Of a stretch of DNA of 64,000 nucleotides, positions 1 through 10,964 are shown piece by piece; position 1 is the first letter of the stretch, and each line of letters begins with the position of its first letter. The DNA comes from Methanomassiliicoccaceae archaeon (lineage in GTDB: Archaea > Thermoplasmatota > Thermoplasmata > Methanomassiliicoccales > Methanomassiliicoccaceae). The notes beneath the pieces were generated by a model. The model did no database searches. It saw only the letters and a program-made list of their open reading frames with translations, and was not told the origin of the DNA. Where the stretch lies: the NCBI GenBank assembly GCA_963728405.1, contig CAVSJV010000007.1, positions 288,001 to 352,000 on the forward strand. Reading direction: 5' to 3'. The position numbers and the translations under genes were made by a program.

Positions 1-2
1 TT

Positions 3-350
3 CACGCCAATCGAGACCTGGTCAGGATGGTGGTTCTTGATCTACCCCGACGGGGAGGGGCGACCCTCGTTGATCCCATATCAACTGCCTTCATCGGGCC
101 ACTGAGCGGCTATTTTGCCTCTCAATCGGAGGCAGACATGGTGCGCGATATCGAACCTGAGATGGCGGCGGAGATCCTTTATGGCACCCTACGCTCGTTC
201 TTCATCGACCATTATCTGTTCCATGATGCGGCCCCTGAGCCATCCTGCGACCATCGTTTCATCAATACGGCGGTGGACCTCTATATTGATGGGATCGGCA
301 GAGTGGGGAGCGAAGAACATCAAAAGCCTGGTCGAAAAAGGCCTAGATGA
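3..350 (+). CDS. TetR/AcrR-family regulator, C-terminal part (5' end outside window)
   Basis: Frame open from window start; 'MVRDIEPEMAAEILYGTL...FINTAVDLYIDGI' resembles a TetR C-terminal domain. Confidence 0.6.
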   Translation, partial: HANRDLVRMVVLDLPRRGGATLVDPISTAFIGPLSGYFASQSEADMVRDIEPEMAAEILYGTLRSFFIDHYLFHDAAPEPSCDHRFINTAVDLYIDGIGRVGSEEHQKPGRKRPR

Positions 351-459
351 TATTCTGGACGTCGTTATCAGCTTCAGTATTGAAATCAATTTATTAAAGT
401 AGCTCTTTGCCAATTTTCGACAACTGACCGTTCGACGGCCACTAGGGATTGCATTGTCA

Positions 460-1963
460 ATGGAGAATTCGATTAACACTAGGATTCCGCTGGAGATACT
501 TTCCTTCTTCTCCAACCCCGGAGGGCATTCTCTGATCATCCGGGGCGATGCAGGCACCGGAAAGACCACCTTGGCTCTCCAATTGATCGAGGAGCTGGCT
601 CAATACCACAACAGTCATTACTACTCTACCCGAGTGTCGGATTTCCTCCTACTGGTCCAGTTCCCCTGGTTAGGGGTGAAGCTATATGGTCGAGAGTATG
701 ACGAGTATGTACGGACCCAAGCTCCCTGGCTCATCGGGGAGGGTGACCCGAACATGGCCCACGTCAATCCTGGCGATATCCGGGACCATGATGATGGTCT
801 GAAGAAGCTGGTAGATATCTACCGGAACGGGGTGAGCCTACTCCACAATGACGATGCCGCTTCGATAGATGATGTTCGGAAGGTCTACGATGTGGTGAAG
901 GCATCCCTTCCGGTCCGATCTCTCATCGTCATCGATTCCCTCGACGCTTTGGCCGATAAGTATGGGCTGAGCAACGCAGTTTTCATCAATGCGATCCAGA
1001 AGGACCTGGTAGAGGGTTACGGGGCCAATGTCATCTTCATCTTCGAGAACAACGAAAGGGCGTTGGACTACCTGGCCGATGGCGTGGCCATGCTATCTTA
1101 TCACGAGCACAACAGCCGGGCGGTCCGCCAGATCAAGGTACAAAAGCTCCGGGGCTGCGAGATCAAGCAGGCGCGATATCTTTTCACCTTAAAGGGCGGC
1201 CGGGTCCAGAGCTTCGGGAACGTCGACTCCATGGATGTCACCCCATTCAAGGAATGGGTGCCGTTATTGGACCAACGCGGAAGGATATCCTCGGGGATCA
1301 TCGACCTGGATCGTTTGATGAAGGGGGGCTTTGCTCCCGGCTCGGTCGTCCTTATCGAGCTGGGGAACAACATCCCCTCGGAGATCATCAGCGTGCTGGA
1401 GCAATCGACCATCGCCAACTTCGCCTCCCAGCGCCGCGGGGTGATCTGGCTGCCCATGAAGCAGGTGAGTGCGGAGCACAGTTCGGAACCAGATGTCGGC
1501 GGCCGTTCACCCGAACCTCTTCGACGAGTGTGTCCGGATTCCCGAGCAGGCCTTCCAGACCGAACCGACCCGCTCAAACTATATCTTCCACGTCGAGGGC
1601 TCTGACGCCGGGGCCGACCTCAAATGGGACACCATTACATATTCCCTGAAATCTGCGGACATGCCCTATCTGACCATGCTAGGGTTCGATACCCTGGAAT
1701 CAATCTATGGTGAATCGGTGATGGAGCATCTCACCGAACATATCGCCGCCATGAAGCGCAACGGCGGGGTGTTCATGGCCATGACATCTCCTTCCACCCG
1801 CTCAACTAAGAAGTTGATCGACCTCTCCACCATTCACCTTAAACTGGAGCGTATCGACGGCGTCCTAGTGTTGTATGGTGAGGAGCCCTACACCGAGTGC
1901 AACGCTCTCTCCTTGGAACCTCGGGAACGGGGCGGGTGTCTATCTCTGACTCCCGTGGTATGA
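460..1963 (+). CDS. GvpD/KaiC-like duplicated P-loop ATPase, one frameshift near 1478
   Basis: Walker A GDAGTGKT, IVIDS Walker B, KLRG motif; second degenerate domain 'SSGIIDLDRLMKGG'; ORF 454..1605 continues in ORF 1469..1963. Confidence 0.75.
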
Positions 1964-2009
1964 AGGAGCTACCGTCAGCTTTTTGTCGGTAATGACCATC
2001 AATGTATCG

Positions 2010-2717
2010 ATGGCCATCCGCACCGTCCTGGTTGACCTTGGAGGTACCCTCATTGACTTCTTCGGCACCGGCAACGCCGCCCAGATGGTGCCGATCTCAC
2101 TGCGCGCGGTCCGCAATGAATTGTTCGTTCGTGATTCAACCACTCCCTCTCTCGCCGAACTCGAAGATCGATGGTCCTATCGAAAAAGAGATCCAACGGA
2201 CCTGATGGTCCTTCCCCTGGAGGATCGACTGGCGTTCGTGTTCAAGATCGAACCTCATGACCATGCTGCCCTTGAGCGGGCTGGCCGGGCGTTCATGCGG
2301 CCGCTGTTCGTTCAGGCCAGGTTATTCGAGGATGCCGTGCCGTTCCTCCAAAACCTGCGATCCCGGGACCTCAGGGTCGTCCTGGTGTCCAACACCACCT
2401 GGGGCAGCCCCGCCCACCTGTGGAGGGAGGAGCTCATCAGGCACAAGCTGGATGGCTACTTTGACGGAACGGTGTTCTGCCGAGACGTCGGCTGGAGGAA
2501 GCCAGACCCGCGGATATTCCAATTCGCCTTGGCAAAGGCCGGGGCGAGGCCTTCGGAGTGCCTCTTTGTGGGCGATGACCCGGTTTGGGACGTGGAAGGG
2601 CCATCGCGCCTGGGCATGACCTCAGTCCTTCTAGATCGTCGATTGGAATGGGCCGGTCAACGGTTCGAACGAATAACCAACTTGAACGATATCGTCGAGC
2701 AAGGGATGCTGGACTGA
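2010..2717 (+). CDS. HAD-superfamily hydrolase
   Basis: DLGGTL motif I, VSN motif II, KPDP and VGDD..WDV motifs III/IV. Confidence 0.85.
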   Translation: MAIRTVLVDLGGTLIDFFGTGNAAQMVPISLRAVRNELFVRDSTTPSLAELEDRWSYRKRDPTDLMVLPLEDRLAFVFKIEPHDHAALERAGRAFMRPLFVQARLFEDAVPFLQNLRSRDLRVVLVSNTTWGSPAHLWREELIRHKLDGYFDGTVFCRDVGWRKPDPRIFQFALAKAGARPSECLFVGDDPVWDVEGPSRLGMTSVLLDRRLEWAGQRFERITNLNDIVEQGMLD

Positions 2718-2720
2718 GGA

Positions 2721-3671
2721 TCACGCACGTCCCTGGATCTGCCTGAACAGGCTCATGGACTTTGAGATACAGATATTGAGCAGAGCCTCGACGTCTCCGG
2801 TGCCGGAAAGGCCAGCCGCGCCGGCATGCCCTCCTCCACTGCTGGAGGTCTCTCCCCCCACTTGGTCCAGGAGCTTCCCGAGGTGTAATCCCTTGCGGAC
2901 CAGGTCCTGTCGGGCCCTCGCACTTATCCTGAACTTCTCGTCGCGCTGCGAGCCCACGAACGCTACGTCCGCACCAACCCCCAACAGCGCTTTGCACACC
3001 GAACTCTCGTGAGAGCTGCCCAGGGAGATGGCTACGATGTAATCGCCCAGCCGTTCGAATCTCATCCGCTGGGCGCCCTTCAGCTGAGAGATGCGCTCCG
3101 AAACATCTGGCTCCAGATCGGTGAGGTCCATAACCTCGTCCATGTTGATCTGCGATGCTTCCAACAGCTCGGAGAACGATCGTAGCATCGCGGAGTTGGC
3201 GAATCGGAAGTGACCGCTATCAGTCAACATGCCGGCCGCCAGAGCCAGACCGATCTCCCGGTCCATTCTTGTGCCCGCGACCTTGAGCAGTTCGAAAACG
3301 ATCTCGGCGCAGCTTCGTCGGCTGTCGTCGCAATAGAACAGGCTGCCATCCCAATCACCGCTACGAGCATGATGATCGATGACCACTAGGTTCCGGCCGG
3401 AGACGTCGATCCCGATCTGGTCCTTGGAGGACGAGTCTACCGCCACGATCGTATCATAATCATCCAGGTTGACGAAGGTCTTGACCTCGAAAACCAGCTT
3501 GGTCGATACGACCTTGGCCATGCGGTCCAAGCCTCCGACCGCTGCTATCGTCACATCGGGAAAAGCGCGATGGATGGCGTAGGCGCAGCCCAGGGCGTCC
3601 GGATCAGCGTTTCCGTGCAGGAGGACCACCTTTCTTCCTTCCTTGAGCTTCTGGGCTATCTCAACGAGCAT
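2721..3671 (-). CDS. DHH/DHHA1 family phosphoesterase
   Basis: HGNADPDALG, IDHH, TDSGHF, GGGHAGAAG motifs; usual position after pfdB. Confidence 0.9.
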   Translation of the reverse strand: MLVEIAQKLKEGRKVVLLHGNADPDALGCAYAIHRAFPDVTIAAVGGLDRMAKVVSTKLVFEVKTFVNLDDYDTIVAVDSSSKDQIGIDVSGRNLVVIDHHARSGDWDGSLFYCDDSRRSCAEIVFELLKVAGTRMDREIGLALAAGMLTDSGHFRFANSAMLRSFSELLEASQINMDEVMDLTDLEPDVSERISQLKGAQRMRFERLGDYIVAISLGSSHESSVCKALLGVGADVAFVGSQRDEKFRISARARQDLVRKGLHLGKLLDQVGGETSSSGGGHAGAAGLSGTGDVEALLNICISKSMSLFRQIQGRA

Positions 3672-4478
3672 TATCCTGCCAGTATGTTCGGTCCATATAT
3701 GCATGTTTCTAGCGTTGCCAAATTGTTCGAGAGCTCGGCCCATTCTTTGATGGGCTCATTGATCCGAGCGTATCGTAGGGTCAGTTCGATGGTGGTTCCC
3801 TGGCGGGGCGAAGGCACTCGGTCAGGGGCCCTGAAGCCAGTTGTGCCGATGGGCATGCTTCCCCCTCTCCTGCACTACTGATGTGGTCCGTCAACCCCCA
3901 TCGTCACCAGATCAGCATGGCCCCGGCCCCTGAACGGGTAACAGGACTTGTGCAGGGGAGGCCCGATTCCAGCAATCGTTTCCTTCCCGAACTCTCTTCA
4001 ATCCTGAAGTCGCTTCACCTCACGATCATCTCCCGATCTCAATCCTCGAGCGTACTGGAGGAATGCCCTCCTCTTCTAAAACAGTTAGAATGGCACCTGG
4101 GGAGATTTCCGATTACGAGGTGCCAATGCTCTCTAACGAGTAGAGGGCGCCCATCTGCCACCGGATCTTCACATGATGGCAGGTGCTGTGGATGAGGACA
4201 TCAACAAGGGCACCGCTCATACTGGGACCTCGATTGAACGGGGCCGGTAGGATTTGCGCCTGGACACCCCACTGGGCCTCGGCAACATGGGTCCGGAATG
4301 TGAACGGCTTGCCTGGTCAGAACGTCTGATCTTGAACCATCAGGCCCTGTCCGCATCAATCGTCACATGGCCTGGAACTGGCCACACCCTCAGGCATGTT
4401 TCGGATTGTTGATAGAAAAATAGTGCTCTAGGATGGGGTTTCAGGTCCTCCGGGTTGCCCCGGAAGGTTCGGGTTTGC

Positions 4479-4883
4479 TTAATCGTCAAGCGGCGAAGGC
4501 CTAGACATCGGGACGATGGGTCCGGTACCTGCGTTGGCGCCGGCAGACAAGGCCTTGTTGAGCTGGTCCTGAAGCACCTGATAGCGGTCCTTAAGTGACT
4601 TTTCCTGTCTTTCTAGGGTCTTAACGCGGACCTCCATAGTCTCCTTGTCATCCTCGATCTCCTTCAGCACGGCGGCCTTGCTCTCCGCCTTGATGAGGAG
4701 GGATCCGACAGACTTGTAGATGACCACATCCTCGGGGGACCTGTTCAGTTCCTCCGTGGTGCGCTGCATCTCCTTGACCTGGGCGTCCATCTGGAACTTC
4801 TGGTTGAGTACTGCCTGCAACTGTTGCTGGAGCTGCTGGAACTGAGCGATCTGGTTCTGGACCTTGGGGCTCAAATCATCCAT
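4479..4883 (-). CDS. pfdB: prefoldin subunit beta
   Basis: Q-rich coiled coils, 'IYKSVGSLLIK', AGGTGA SD upstream. Confidence 0.95.
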   Translation of the reverse strand: MDDLSPKVQNQIAQFQQLQQQLQAVLNQKFQMDAQVKEMQRTTEELNRSPEDVVIYKSVGSLLIKAESKAAVLKEIEDDKETMEVRVKTLERQEKSLKDRYQVLQDQLNKALSAGANAGTGPIVPMSRPSPLDD

Positions 4884-5118
4884 GTTGTTCACCTACCATA
4901 TTGCCGATCTCTTCCGAGATCCTTATCCACCTGAGATATGAGTTGAGGGCGGCTCGGAGGGCGCCGAGGTCAGATGCCTCGACGTCCAACACGATCTCCC
5001 CGTCGCCGGGAGTGATCTTTACTCTCGAACGAGGGATCTCTCTTCCCACTTCTGGGAAGAGGGCGCCCCATATGGCTTTACTGTGCGGGGTGGCCACGCG
5101 AAGGGTTGCCCGAGGCAT
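4876..5118 (-). CDS. pcc1: KEOPS complex subunit Pcc1 family
   Basis: 'DLGALRAALNSYLRWI' motif; between rpoP and pfdB. Confidence 0.85.
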   Translation of the reverse strand: MPRATLRVATPHSKAIWGALFPEVGREIPRSRVKITPGDGEIVLDVEASDLGALRAALNSYLRWIRISEEIGNMVGEQHG

Positions 5119-5122
5119 CCCT

Positions 5123-5257
5123 TCACCGGGCTTTAATGACCTTCTTAACGTTGGGTCGTTCCTTGTAGAAGATCTTGGAACCACACTTCTCGCACTGAAT
5201 GCCTACGGTGTTGACATTGGAGCGAATGGGCTCGTTGCAGCTCCCGCACTTGTACAT
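5123..5257 (-). CDS. rpoP: RNA polymerase subunit Rpo12/P (44 aa, missing from ORF track)
   Basis: Manual translation MYKCGSCNEPIRSNVNTVGIQCEKCGSKIFYKERPNVKKVIKAR; two CxxC, typical C-terminus. Confidence 0.93.
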   Translation of the reverse strand: MYKCGSCNEPIRSNVNTVGIQCEKCGSKIFYKERPNVKKVIKAR

Positions 5258-5259
5258 GC

Positions 5260-5562
5260 TCAGTCACCCCTGTTGGGGACGATGACTTCGCTTTCGACCT
5301 TGGCGGCCTGGGCTGCTTGGAACTCTTCCGAGGTCTCTTTCTTTGAGATGGGGGAGTAGGCACCAGCGGCGAACTTGGCGTCGCACTTGCTGCACTGCCA
5401 TATGCCGCTGCTGATCCTGGATACGCTGTTCCTGTGGCAAGCGGGGCACTCGTGGTCCGCGTTCCTCATCTTGTCGATGTCCCGGACGCGGTTTCTTACC
5501 ACTACACCATAGCGTGCGCCGAACCTTCCCGAGCTTCCTGCCTTCTCTGTTGACTTGGACAT
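5260..5562 (-). CDS. rpl37ae: 50S ribosomal protein L37Ae (eL43)
   Basis: GRFGARYG, CPAC...GIWQCSKC...AGAY. Confidence 0.95.
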   Translation of the reverse strand: MSKSTEKAGSSGRFGARYGVVVRNRVRDIDKMRNADHECPACHRNSVSRISSGIWQCSKCDAKFAAGAYSPISKKETSEEFQAAQAAKVESEVIVPNRGD

Positions 5563-5567
5563 TACCA

Positions 5568-6341
5568 TCACCCTATGAGGTTTCTGAGGTCCTTGCTCAC
5601 GCGCAGGGACGCATCGATCACTTGTCTGACCTCGTCCAGCGTGAAAGCGCCGGCGAGTCCCTTCTGCATTGCCCGTAGGTCACCGTTCTCATCAGTAGTG
5701 ACCGTCAGGCGAGCATCCGCGACCTTCTCTTCGTCGAGAGTCGGGTCAAACAATATAGAGTTTTCTATCTTCACCGCAGTGGTCTGAATGGGTAGGTGGC
5801 GGAGGGGCAATGGATAATCCTCGCCTTTGCCGCTCTCCTTGGCCGGGACCGTGGTGGTCTTGAGCGCGGCGATGGCGCCGAGGAAACAGGCATCAAAGAG
5901 GTTGCCGTCATAATCCAGGACATAGATATCCAGGAAGTTGATCCAGACCTCTTCGCCGCGCTTGATGCACAGTGCCTGCAGGTCGATCATCTCGCTCTCG
6001 CGGATGCCCCTGTCGATGACCCTGGCCAGCTCGATCGCGCCTGCATCTGGTGGACCGGCCTCGAAGGTCGGGGATGCCAGCGGGATGAGCTCGGTGTTGG
6101 TGGTGAGCACGCCCCTATCCGGGGTGTCCGCGAAGGGGGCCCCCACGACCATCTTCACGCCAACAAGGACGTCGGTGTTGCCGAGGCGAACCCGGGCGGA
6201 ACCCTGTGCGCTCTCGATGTAGTTGGTTTCGATGCTGATCTTGCGGTACTCATCCAGGGCGCGTCCATCAACACGCTTGCCGGTCGATAACAGCTTATGG
6301 ATATGCCCTTTCTTGATCTCGGACATGACTGGTTCAGACAT
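5568..6341 (-). CDS. rrp42: exosome complex component Rrp42
   Basis: RVDGR, ELARVIDRGIRES, LDYDGNLFDA. Confidence 0.95.
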   Translation of the reverse strand: MSEPVMSEIKKGHIHKLLSTGKRVDGRALDEYRKISIETNYIESAQGSARVRLGNTDVLVGVKMVVGAPFADTPDRGVLTTNTELIPLASPTFEAGPPDAGAIELARVIDRGIRESEMIDLQALCIKRGEEVWINFLDIYVLDYDGNLFDACFLGAIAALKTTTVPAKESGKGEDYPLPLRHLPIQTTAVKIENSILFDPTLDEEKVADARLTVTTDENGDLRAMQKGLAGAFTLDEVRQVIDASLRVSKDLRNLIG

Positions 6342-6343
6342 GT

Positions 6344-7123
6344 TCAGGCCTCCGATCCGTTGTCCTGAGCGACATCATCTTCGATATCTCCACTCCCACC
6401 TTGGATGGCGTAGCGGCGGCGGAGGGCGTCCTTCTGGACGTCATAGACCATCTGGCACGCCTTCTTGCCATATTCGAGGGCCTGTTCGAACTCCTTCATG
6501 GTCAGATGACCATCCATCTGCAAGAGCAATACTTCCCCGGTCCGGGGAATCATGGCGATGGGTAGGTCCGCGTTCCCGAAGTTGTCCTCTTCCTTGTTGA
6601 GATCCAACACGATCTGACCGTCCGCCTTTCCGATGGCGACGGCAGGCACGAGATCCTTCATCGGAATCCCCGCATCGGCCAAGGCAACGGATGCGGCGGT
6701 AAGCCCAGCGCACCTGGTACCCGCGTTGGCCTGCAGTACCTCGATGTAGACATCGATGGAGGTGCGGGGGTAGTTCTCGGTGAAGACCACGTATTCGAGC
6801 GCCTCTGAGATGATCTTGGAAATCTCGATGGATCGGCGGTCCGGTCCTGGCCTCTTACGATCAGAGACTGAGAAGGAGATCATGTTGTACTTGCACTGGA
6901 CGATGGCCTTGGCAGGATTCTGCATGTGGCGGGGGTGACATTCTCTCGGGCCGTAGACTGCGGCCAGGACCTTGTTCTTGCCCCACTCGACATACGCCGA
7001 GCCATCGGCCCTCTTCAGTACTCCGGCCTCTATTCTTAATGGCCGGATCTCGTCCACCTTCCTACCATCTATGCGTATTCCATTGTCATCTATCAGATCA
7101 ATATCAGTCGTCATTCCAGACAT
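6344..7123 (-). CDS. rrp41: exosome complex exonuclease Rrp41
   Basis: RIDGR, ADGSAY, RRSIEIS, QANAGTR; SD GAGGTGA. Confidence 0.95.
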   Translation of the reverse strand: MSGMTTDIDLIDDNGIRIDGRKVDEIRPLRIEAGVLKRADGSAYVEWGKNKVLAAVYGPRECHPRHMQNPAKAIVQCKYNMISFSVSDRKRPGPDRRSIEISKIISEALEYVVFTENYPRTSIDVYIEVLQANAGTRCAGLTAASVALADAGIPMKDLVPAVAIGKADGQIVLDLNKEEDNFGNADLPIAMIPRTGEVLLLQMDGHLTMKEFEQALEYGKKACQMVYDVQKDALRRRYAIQGGSGDIEDDVAQDNGSEA

Positions 7124-7133
7124 GAACTTCACC

Positions 7134-7835
7134 TCACTCCGTCTTCGGCGCCGTCTGCGGGGACACCGTTTCCAGGTACGCCTGCACCTTCTCAGTCAAT
7201 CCAAAGGAGTGGGCGTCCTCTTCGATCATCTGGATGGCTTTGATGGCATGCATTATATTGTCGACCTCACCATCGAGCCAGATCCTACCGTTCTGCCCTA
7301 CAAAGATGCGACAGTTCGTATATCCTTTGATCATCTGGATCATCGAACCGCTCTTCCCTATGATCCGGGGGACCTTGCTGTGGGAGATCTCAATTATCTG
7401 TCCTCCCTGTAGCTTCCTAAGGCCCTGGTCCTTCATTGTGACCTGCACCCTCATGGTCTCGTCCACCATGAGCACCTTCGCCAGGATCACATCACCCACG
7501 TTCATGTAGCGGGCGGTGTCCCCGAACTCGACCCTCCAAGGAACCTCGTTCACATGCAACGGGGCTGGATGGGGCGCATTGATGTCGATCAACCAGTTGG
7601 ACGGGCCGATATCTTCGACCTTCCCGATGACGCTATCCCCCACGCAGGGGATGTAGCGGCCGCCCAATGGGATGATGTTCACATAGTTCGCTTTTACAGA
7701 TTTAATGCCAAGGAGGGCGGCGTAGATCTTACCATCAGAAACATAGGTTCCCGCTCCTGGCTTTAATTTATCCCCATCCAGGAGATCACCGGGCATCACG
7801 ATCTCCCTAGGTTGTCTCGACCCTTCACTGTTCAT
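7134..7835 (-). CDS. rrp4: exosome RNA-binding protein Rrp4
   Basis: VMPGD, S1 domain, KH '[10 protein letters not shown]', GQNGRIW. Confidence 0.95.
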   Translation of the reverse strand: MNSEGSRQPREIVMPGDLLDGDKLKPGAGTYVSDGKIYAALLGIKSVKANYVNIIPLGGRYIPCVGDSVIGKVEDIGPSNWLIDINAPHPAPLHVNEVPWRVEFGDTARYMNVGDVILAKVLMVDETMRVQVTMKDQGLRKLQGGQIIEISHSKVPRIIGKSGSMIQMIKGYTNCRIFVGQNGRIWLDGEVDNIMHAIKAIQMIEEDAHSFGLTEKVQAYLETVSPQTAPKTE

Positions 7836-7936
7836 ATTATATCTCCTTTGATACTAATACACGAATGCTCTACTCATCATTTCTTTTCTTAAATGCCTTT
7901 GCTCGGCGTAATATATCATATATCTTAAGAATTCGC

Positions 7937-8641
7937 TTAAATGGTGCCCTTCAATATCTTTGTCTCCACATCGCCTTTGGTCCTTTCCGCTAATTTATTG
8001 AGAAAATCATCCCTCATGCCCGCCGGGAGCTCCACCACACCGATCCAGTTGCCGTTGGCTTGCCACTCGTCCTTGGTGATCTTGCCGGCCTGATTTATGT
8101 AATCATAACAGCGCCCGTATTGGTCGCCGGTCAATTTCACTGCGATACGGACCTTGTCGAATCGGATTGGGATCAGGGGTCGGAGCGCCTTCATCGTCGG
8201 CTCGATCTGCGATTCGACCGATTTGAAAGGGTCGATGTGGACACGAGCTTCCTCCATGGCCGCCTCTATGCGGGCTGGAGGGTGAGGCCCCCCGGTCTGG
8301 GGGTTGATGGCGTTTCGGGCGATCTCCGCGATGATGCGCTTCCTCTTGCTCTCCTGCATCTCCTTTCGCTGTTGGGTGGTGAGCTGTACCTCGCCCTTGA
8401 GGATGATATGCTTGGCGACATCGGTCGGATCATTGGTCCCAAAGACCTCATGGACCTTCTTCTCTTCCGGTCGGGTGCCTTTGTGGGCGTTGCGGAAGAT
8501 CTCGTCTATGACCATGTGGTCGGAGAGATCGACCTCCTTACCCTCCCGGATGAGGTTCACTACCTTTGGGTCGATAAGGATCTCGAAGGTCTCCCCATGA
8601 GATTCCAGCCTGGCGATTATGGCGTCCTCGATGTCGACCAT
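7937..8641 (-). CDS. ribosome maturation factor SBDS/Sdo1
   Basis: [25 protein letters not shown] motifs. Confidence 0.95.
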   Translation of the reverse strand: MVDIEDAIIARLESHGETFEILIDPKVVNLIREGKEVDLSDHMVIDEIFRNAHKGTRPEEKKVHEVFGTNDPTDVAKHIILKGEVQLTTQQRKEMQESKRKRIIAEIARNAINPQTGGPHPPARIEAAMEEARVHIDPFKSVESQIEPTMKALRPLIPIRFDKVRIAVKLTGDQYGRCYDYINQAGKITKDEWQANGNWIGVVELPAGMRDDFLNKLAERTKGDVETKILKGTI

Positions 8642-8653
8642 TCTAACACAGGC

Positions 8654-9376
8654 TTAAGCGGAGTTGGCCTTTTCAACTACAGCTTCGACCTCGCTGTCAT
8701 CCAGGCGACGGAAGTTTGCTCCTCTGCGGACGATGCCGATCTCCACGGACTTGGGGTTGAGCTTCTCTTCCTCAGTGGCCTTCTTGAGCGCCTTGAGCCC
8801 GAGGACGATCGCATCCTCGCTATCCATGTCTTCCTGGTATTGCTCCTCGAATACTTCCATGACCACATTGCGGCCGGCCCCGATGCTTCCTGCCTTATAG
8901 GAGACGAGCGCCCCGGAGGGATCGGTCTCGAACAGGTGTATGCCCTGGTCGTCCACGCCTGCCACTAGTAACGCCGTTCCGAAGGGCCTGACGCCCCCAT
9001 ACTGGGTGTAATTCTGCTTGAAGTCACAAATGCGCTTGACCAGCATTTCCACGCCGATACGCTCGTCGTAGGTGATCTTGCTAACTTGGGCGGTGACACG
9101 GGCATGGTCCACCAAGACTCTGGCGTCAGCCACAAGGCCGGAAGTGGCGCAGCCGACGTGCTCATCGATCTGGAAGATCTTCTCGATCGACTTGGGCTCC
9201 ATAAGACGGCTGGCGATGCGCTTGTCTACTATTAGGATGGCCCCATCCTTGAACTTCAAACCTACCGTGGTGGTGCCCCTCTTGACAGCCTCCCTCGCGT
9301 ATTCCACCTGGAATAACCTCCCATCAGGCGAGAACACGGTGATGGCCCGATCATATGCCATTTGTCCTGGTTGCAT
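8654..9376 (-). CDS. psmA: proteasome alpha subunit
   Basis: YDRAITVFSPDGRLFQVEYA signature. Confidence 0.98.
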   Translation of the reverse strand: MQPGQMAYDRAITVFSPDGRLFQVEYAREAVKRGTTTVGLKFKDGAILIVDKRIASRLMEPKSIEKIFQIDEHVGCATSGLVADARVLVDHARVTAQVSKITYDERIGVEMLVKRICDFKQNYTQYGGVRPFGTALLVAGVDDQGIHLFETDPSGALVSYKAGSIGAGRNVVMEVFEEQYQEDMDSEDAIVLGLKALKKATEEEKLNPKSVEIGIVRRGANFRRLDDSEVEAVVEKANSA

Positions 9377-9494
9377 AATATCACTCCTAACTACGCAATT
9401 CTCATTAAAGCACTACTGCGATATATATCTTAATGCTTGCCTGGAATAAAAATTAGGGGGCCTCGCCCCCTTGAAAGTGGACACACTGGACTAG

Positions 9495-9791
9495 CTACTT
9501 TTTTGGGTAAAGGGCCCCTTCTCTCAGCGACCTGAGCGTCCCCGAGGCCCGGAGGGTTTCCAAACCTCTCTCAACCTGACCATTTATAGCGTCGGTCGCC
9601 CTGTGCTGGTCCGGCCCGGAGACCCGTATGATGCCCCTGCGGCCGTCGAACTGAATGACCTTGAACTTCACGCCCGACCTGGTTAGGGAAATGTTCAAGG
9701 AAGAAAGAAGGTCCTCGTCGGTCATCGGACGCTCTGATCGAACCCGAATCGCAATGTACCTTCTCCGACCCCTTTTGGATTTGACGACCAT
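9495..9791 (-). CDS. rnp2: RNase P protein Pop5/Rpp14
   Basis: RRRYIAI...GIIRV...SGTLRSL; superoperon position. Confidence 0.85.
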   Translation of the reverse strand: MVVKSKRGRRRYIAIRVRSERPMTDEDLLSSLNISLTRSGVKFKVIQFDGRRGIIRVSGPDQHRATDAINGQVERGLETLRASGTLRSLREGALYPKK

Positions 9792-9807
9792 CGGACATCT
9801 ACCCGCC

Positions 9808-10890
9808 TCAGCAAGATTCCTTGGACGGGAACATCGGGGACTTGACCCCGGTGATGACGACCAGTAGGCGGACCTTGCCCTTCAGCTCGGGCTCTATGGA
9901 GCACCCCCATATAATCCTTGCCCGTGGGCTCAGCCTTGAGGAGACCAACTCCGCGGCCTTCTCTGCCTCACTTACCGTCATGTCGGGACCGCCCTGCACT
10001 CTGATTAGGGCGCCATTGGCGGAGGCCATATTGATATCTCCCAACAATGGAGAGTTAAGCGCTTCCTGCACGGCCTGGGGAACCCTGTCCGAATCATCGG
10101 AACTCTCTCCCATGCCGATCATGGCCATGCCGCCGTTCTTCATGATGGTATTGATGTCGTTGAAATCCACATTGACCAGTCCGGGCTTGGTGACGACCTC
10201 GGTGATGCCCTTTATCCCGTGCATCAAGACCTCGTCCGCCACCTTAAAGGCCGCTTCAAGGGGTAGCTTGGGCACCATCTTCAAGAGCTGGTCGTTAAGA
10301 ATTACGATGGTCGTATCGCAGCTCTGCTGCAGGCGTTCCAATCCCTTCCGGGCGTTCTCCATGCGCAAGCGGCCTTCGGACTTGAAGGGCATGGTGACAA
10401 TGCCCAACGTCAGGGCGCCATAGCGCTTGGCGATCTCGGCCACATACGGTGCGGAACCGGTCCCCGTCCCGCCGCCCATGCCTGCGGTCACAAAGACCAC
10501 TTGGCGGCCGTCGATGTATTTGCGGATCTCTTCCTGGGCTTCCTCTGCAGAGGATCTTCCGACCTCCGGTATGGCTCCCGCCCCCAACCCCTTAGTGGTG
10601 AGCTTTCCGAGCAGGATCTTGTTGGGGGCTTGGATGTTGAGCAGGTGTCGCGCATCACTGTTGGCGGCGACCAGGGTCGCCCCCGCCACGCCGGCCGAGG
10701 TCAGGCGGTGAATGGTATTCGACCCTCCCCCGCCGCAGCCTACGATGGAGATCTTGATCTGTATCGATTCGACTAGCTTCCTTAGCTCCTCATCGTCCGC
10801 GCTCGCCGGGGTGACTCTTGCAAAGCGTGAATCCAAATTATCGCCGGAGGTCGAGCTAACGGCCCTATCCACTAACGAGTTCGTGTGCAT
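9808..10890 (-). CDS. ftsZ: cell division protein FtsZ
   Basis: [23 protein letters not shown] motifs. Confidence 0.97.
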   Translation of the reverse strand: MHTNSLVDRAVSSTSGDNLDSRFARVTPASADDEELRKLVESIQIKISIVGCGGGGSNTIHRLTSAGVAGATLVAANSDARHLLNIQAPNKILLGKLTTKGLGAGAIPEVGRSSAEEAQEEIRKYIDGRQVVFVTAGMGGGTGTGSAPYVAEIAKRYGALTLGIVTMPFKSEGRLRMENARKGLERLQQSCDTTIVILNDQLLKMVPKLPLEAAFKVADEVLMHGIKGITEVVTKPGLVNVDFNDINTIMKNGGMAMIGMGESSDDSDRVPQAVQEALNSPLLGDINMASANGALIRVQGGPDMTVSEAEKAAELVSSRLSPRARIIWGCSIEPELKGKVRLLVVITGVKSPMFPSKESC

Positions 10891-10964
10891 CCCTCTTTGA
10901 ATTGAATGAAGGTCCATCATGATGGCATTATAAAAATCTTATTAACAAGAATCTATCTGCCAGC

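Noticed and set aside
460-1963. Gas vesicle or circadian gene cluster
   Set aside because: No gvpA or kaiB neighbours; only a stand-alone GvpD/KaiC-like ATPase.
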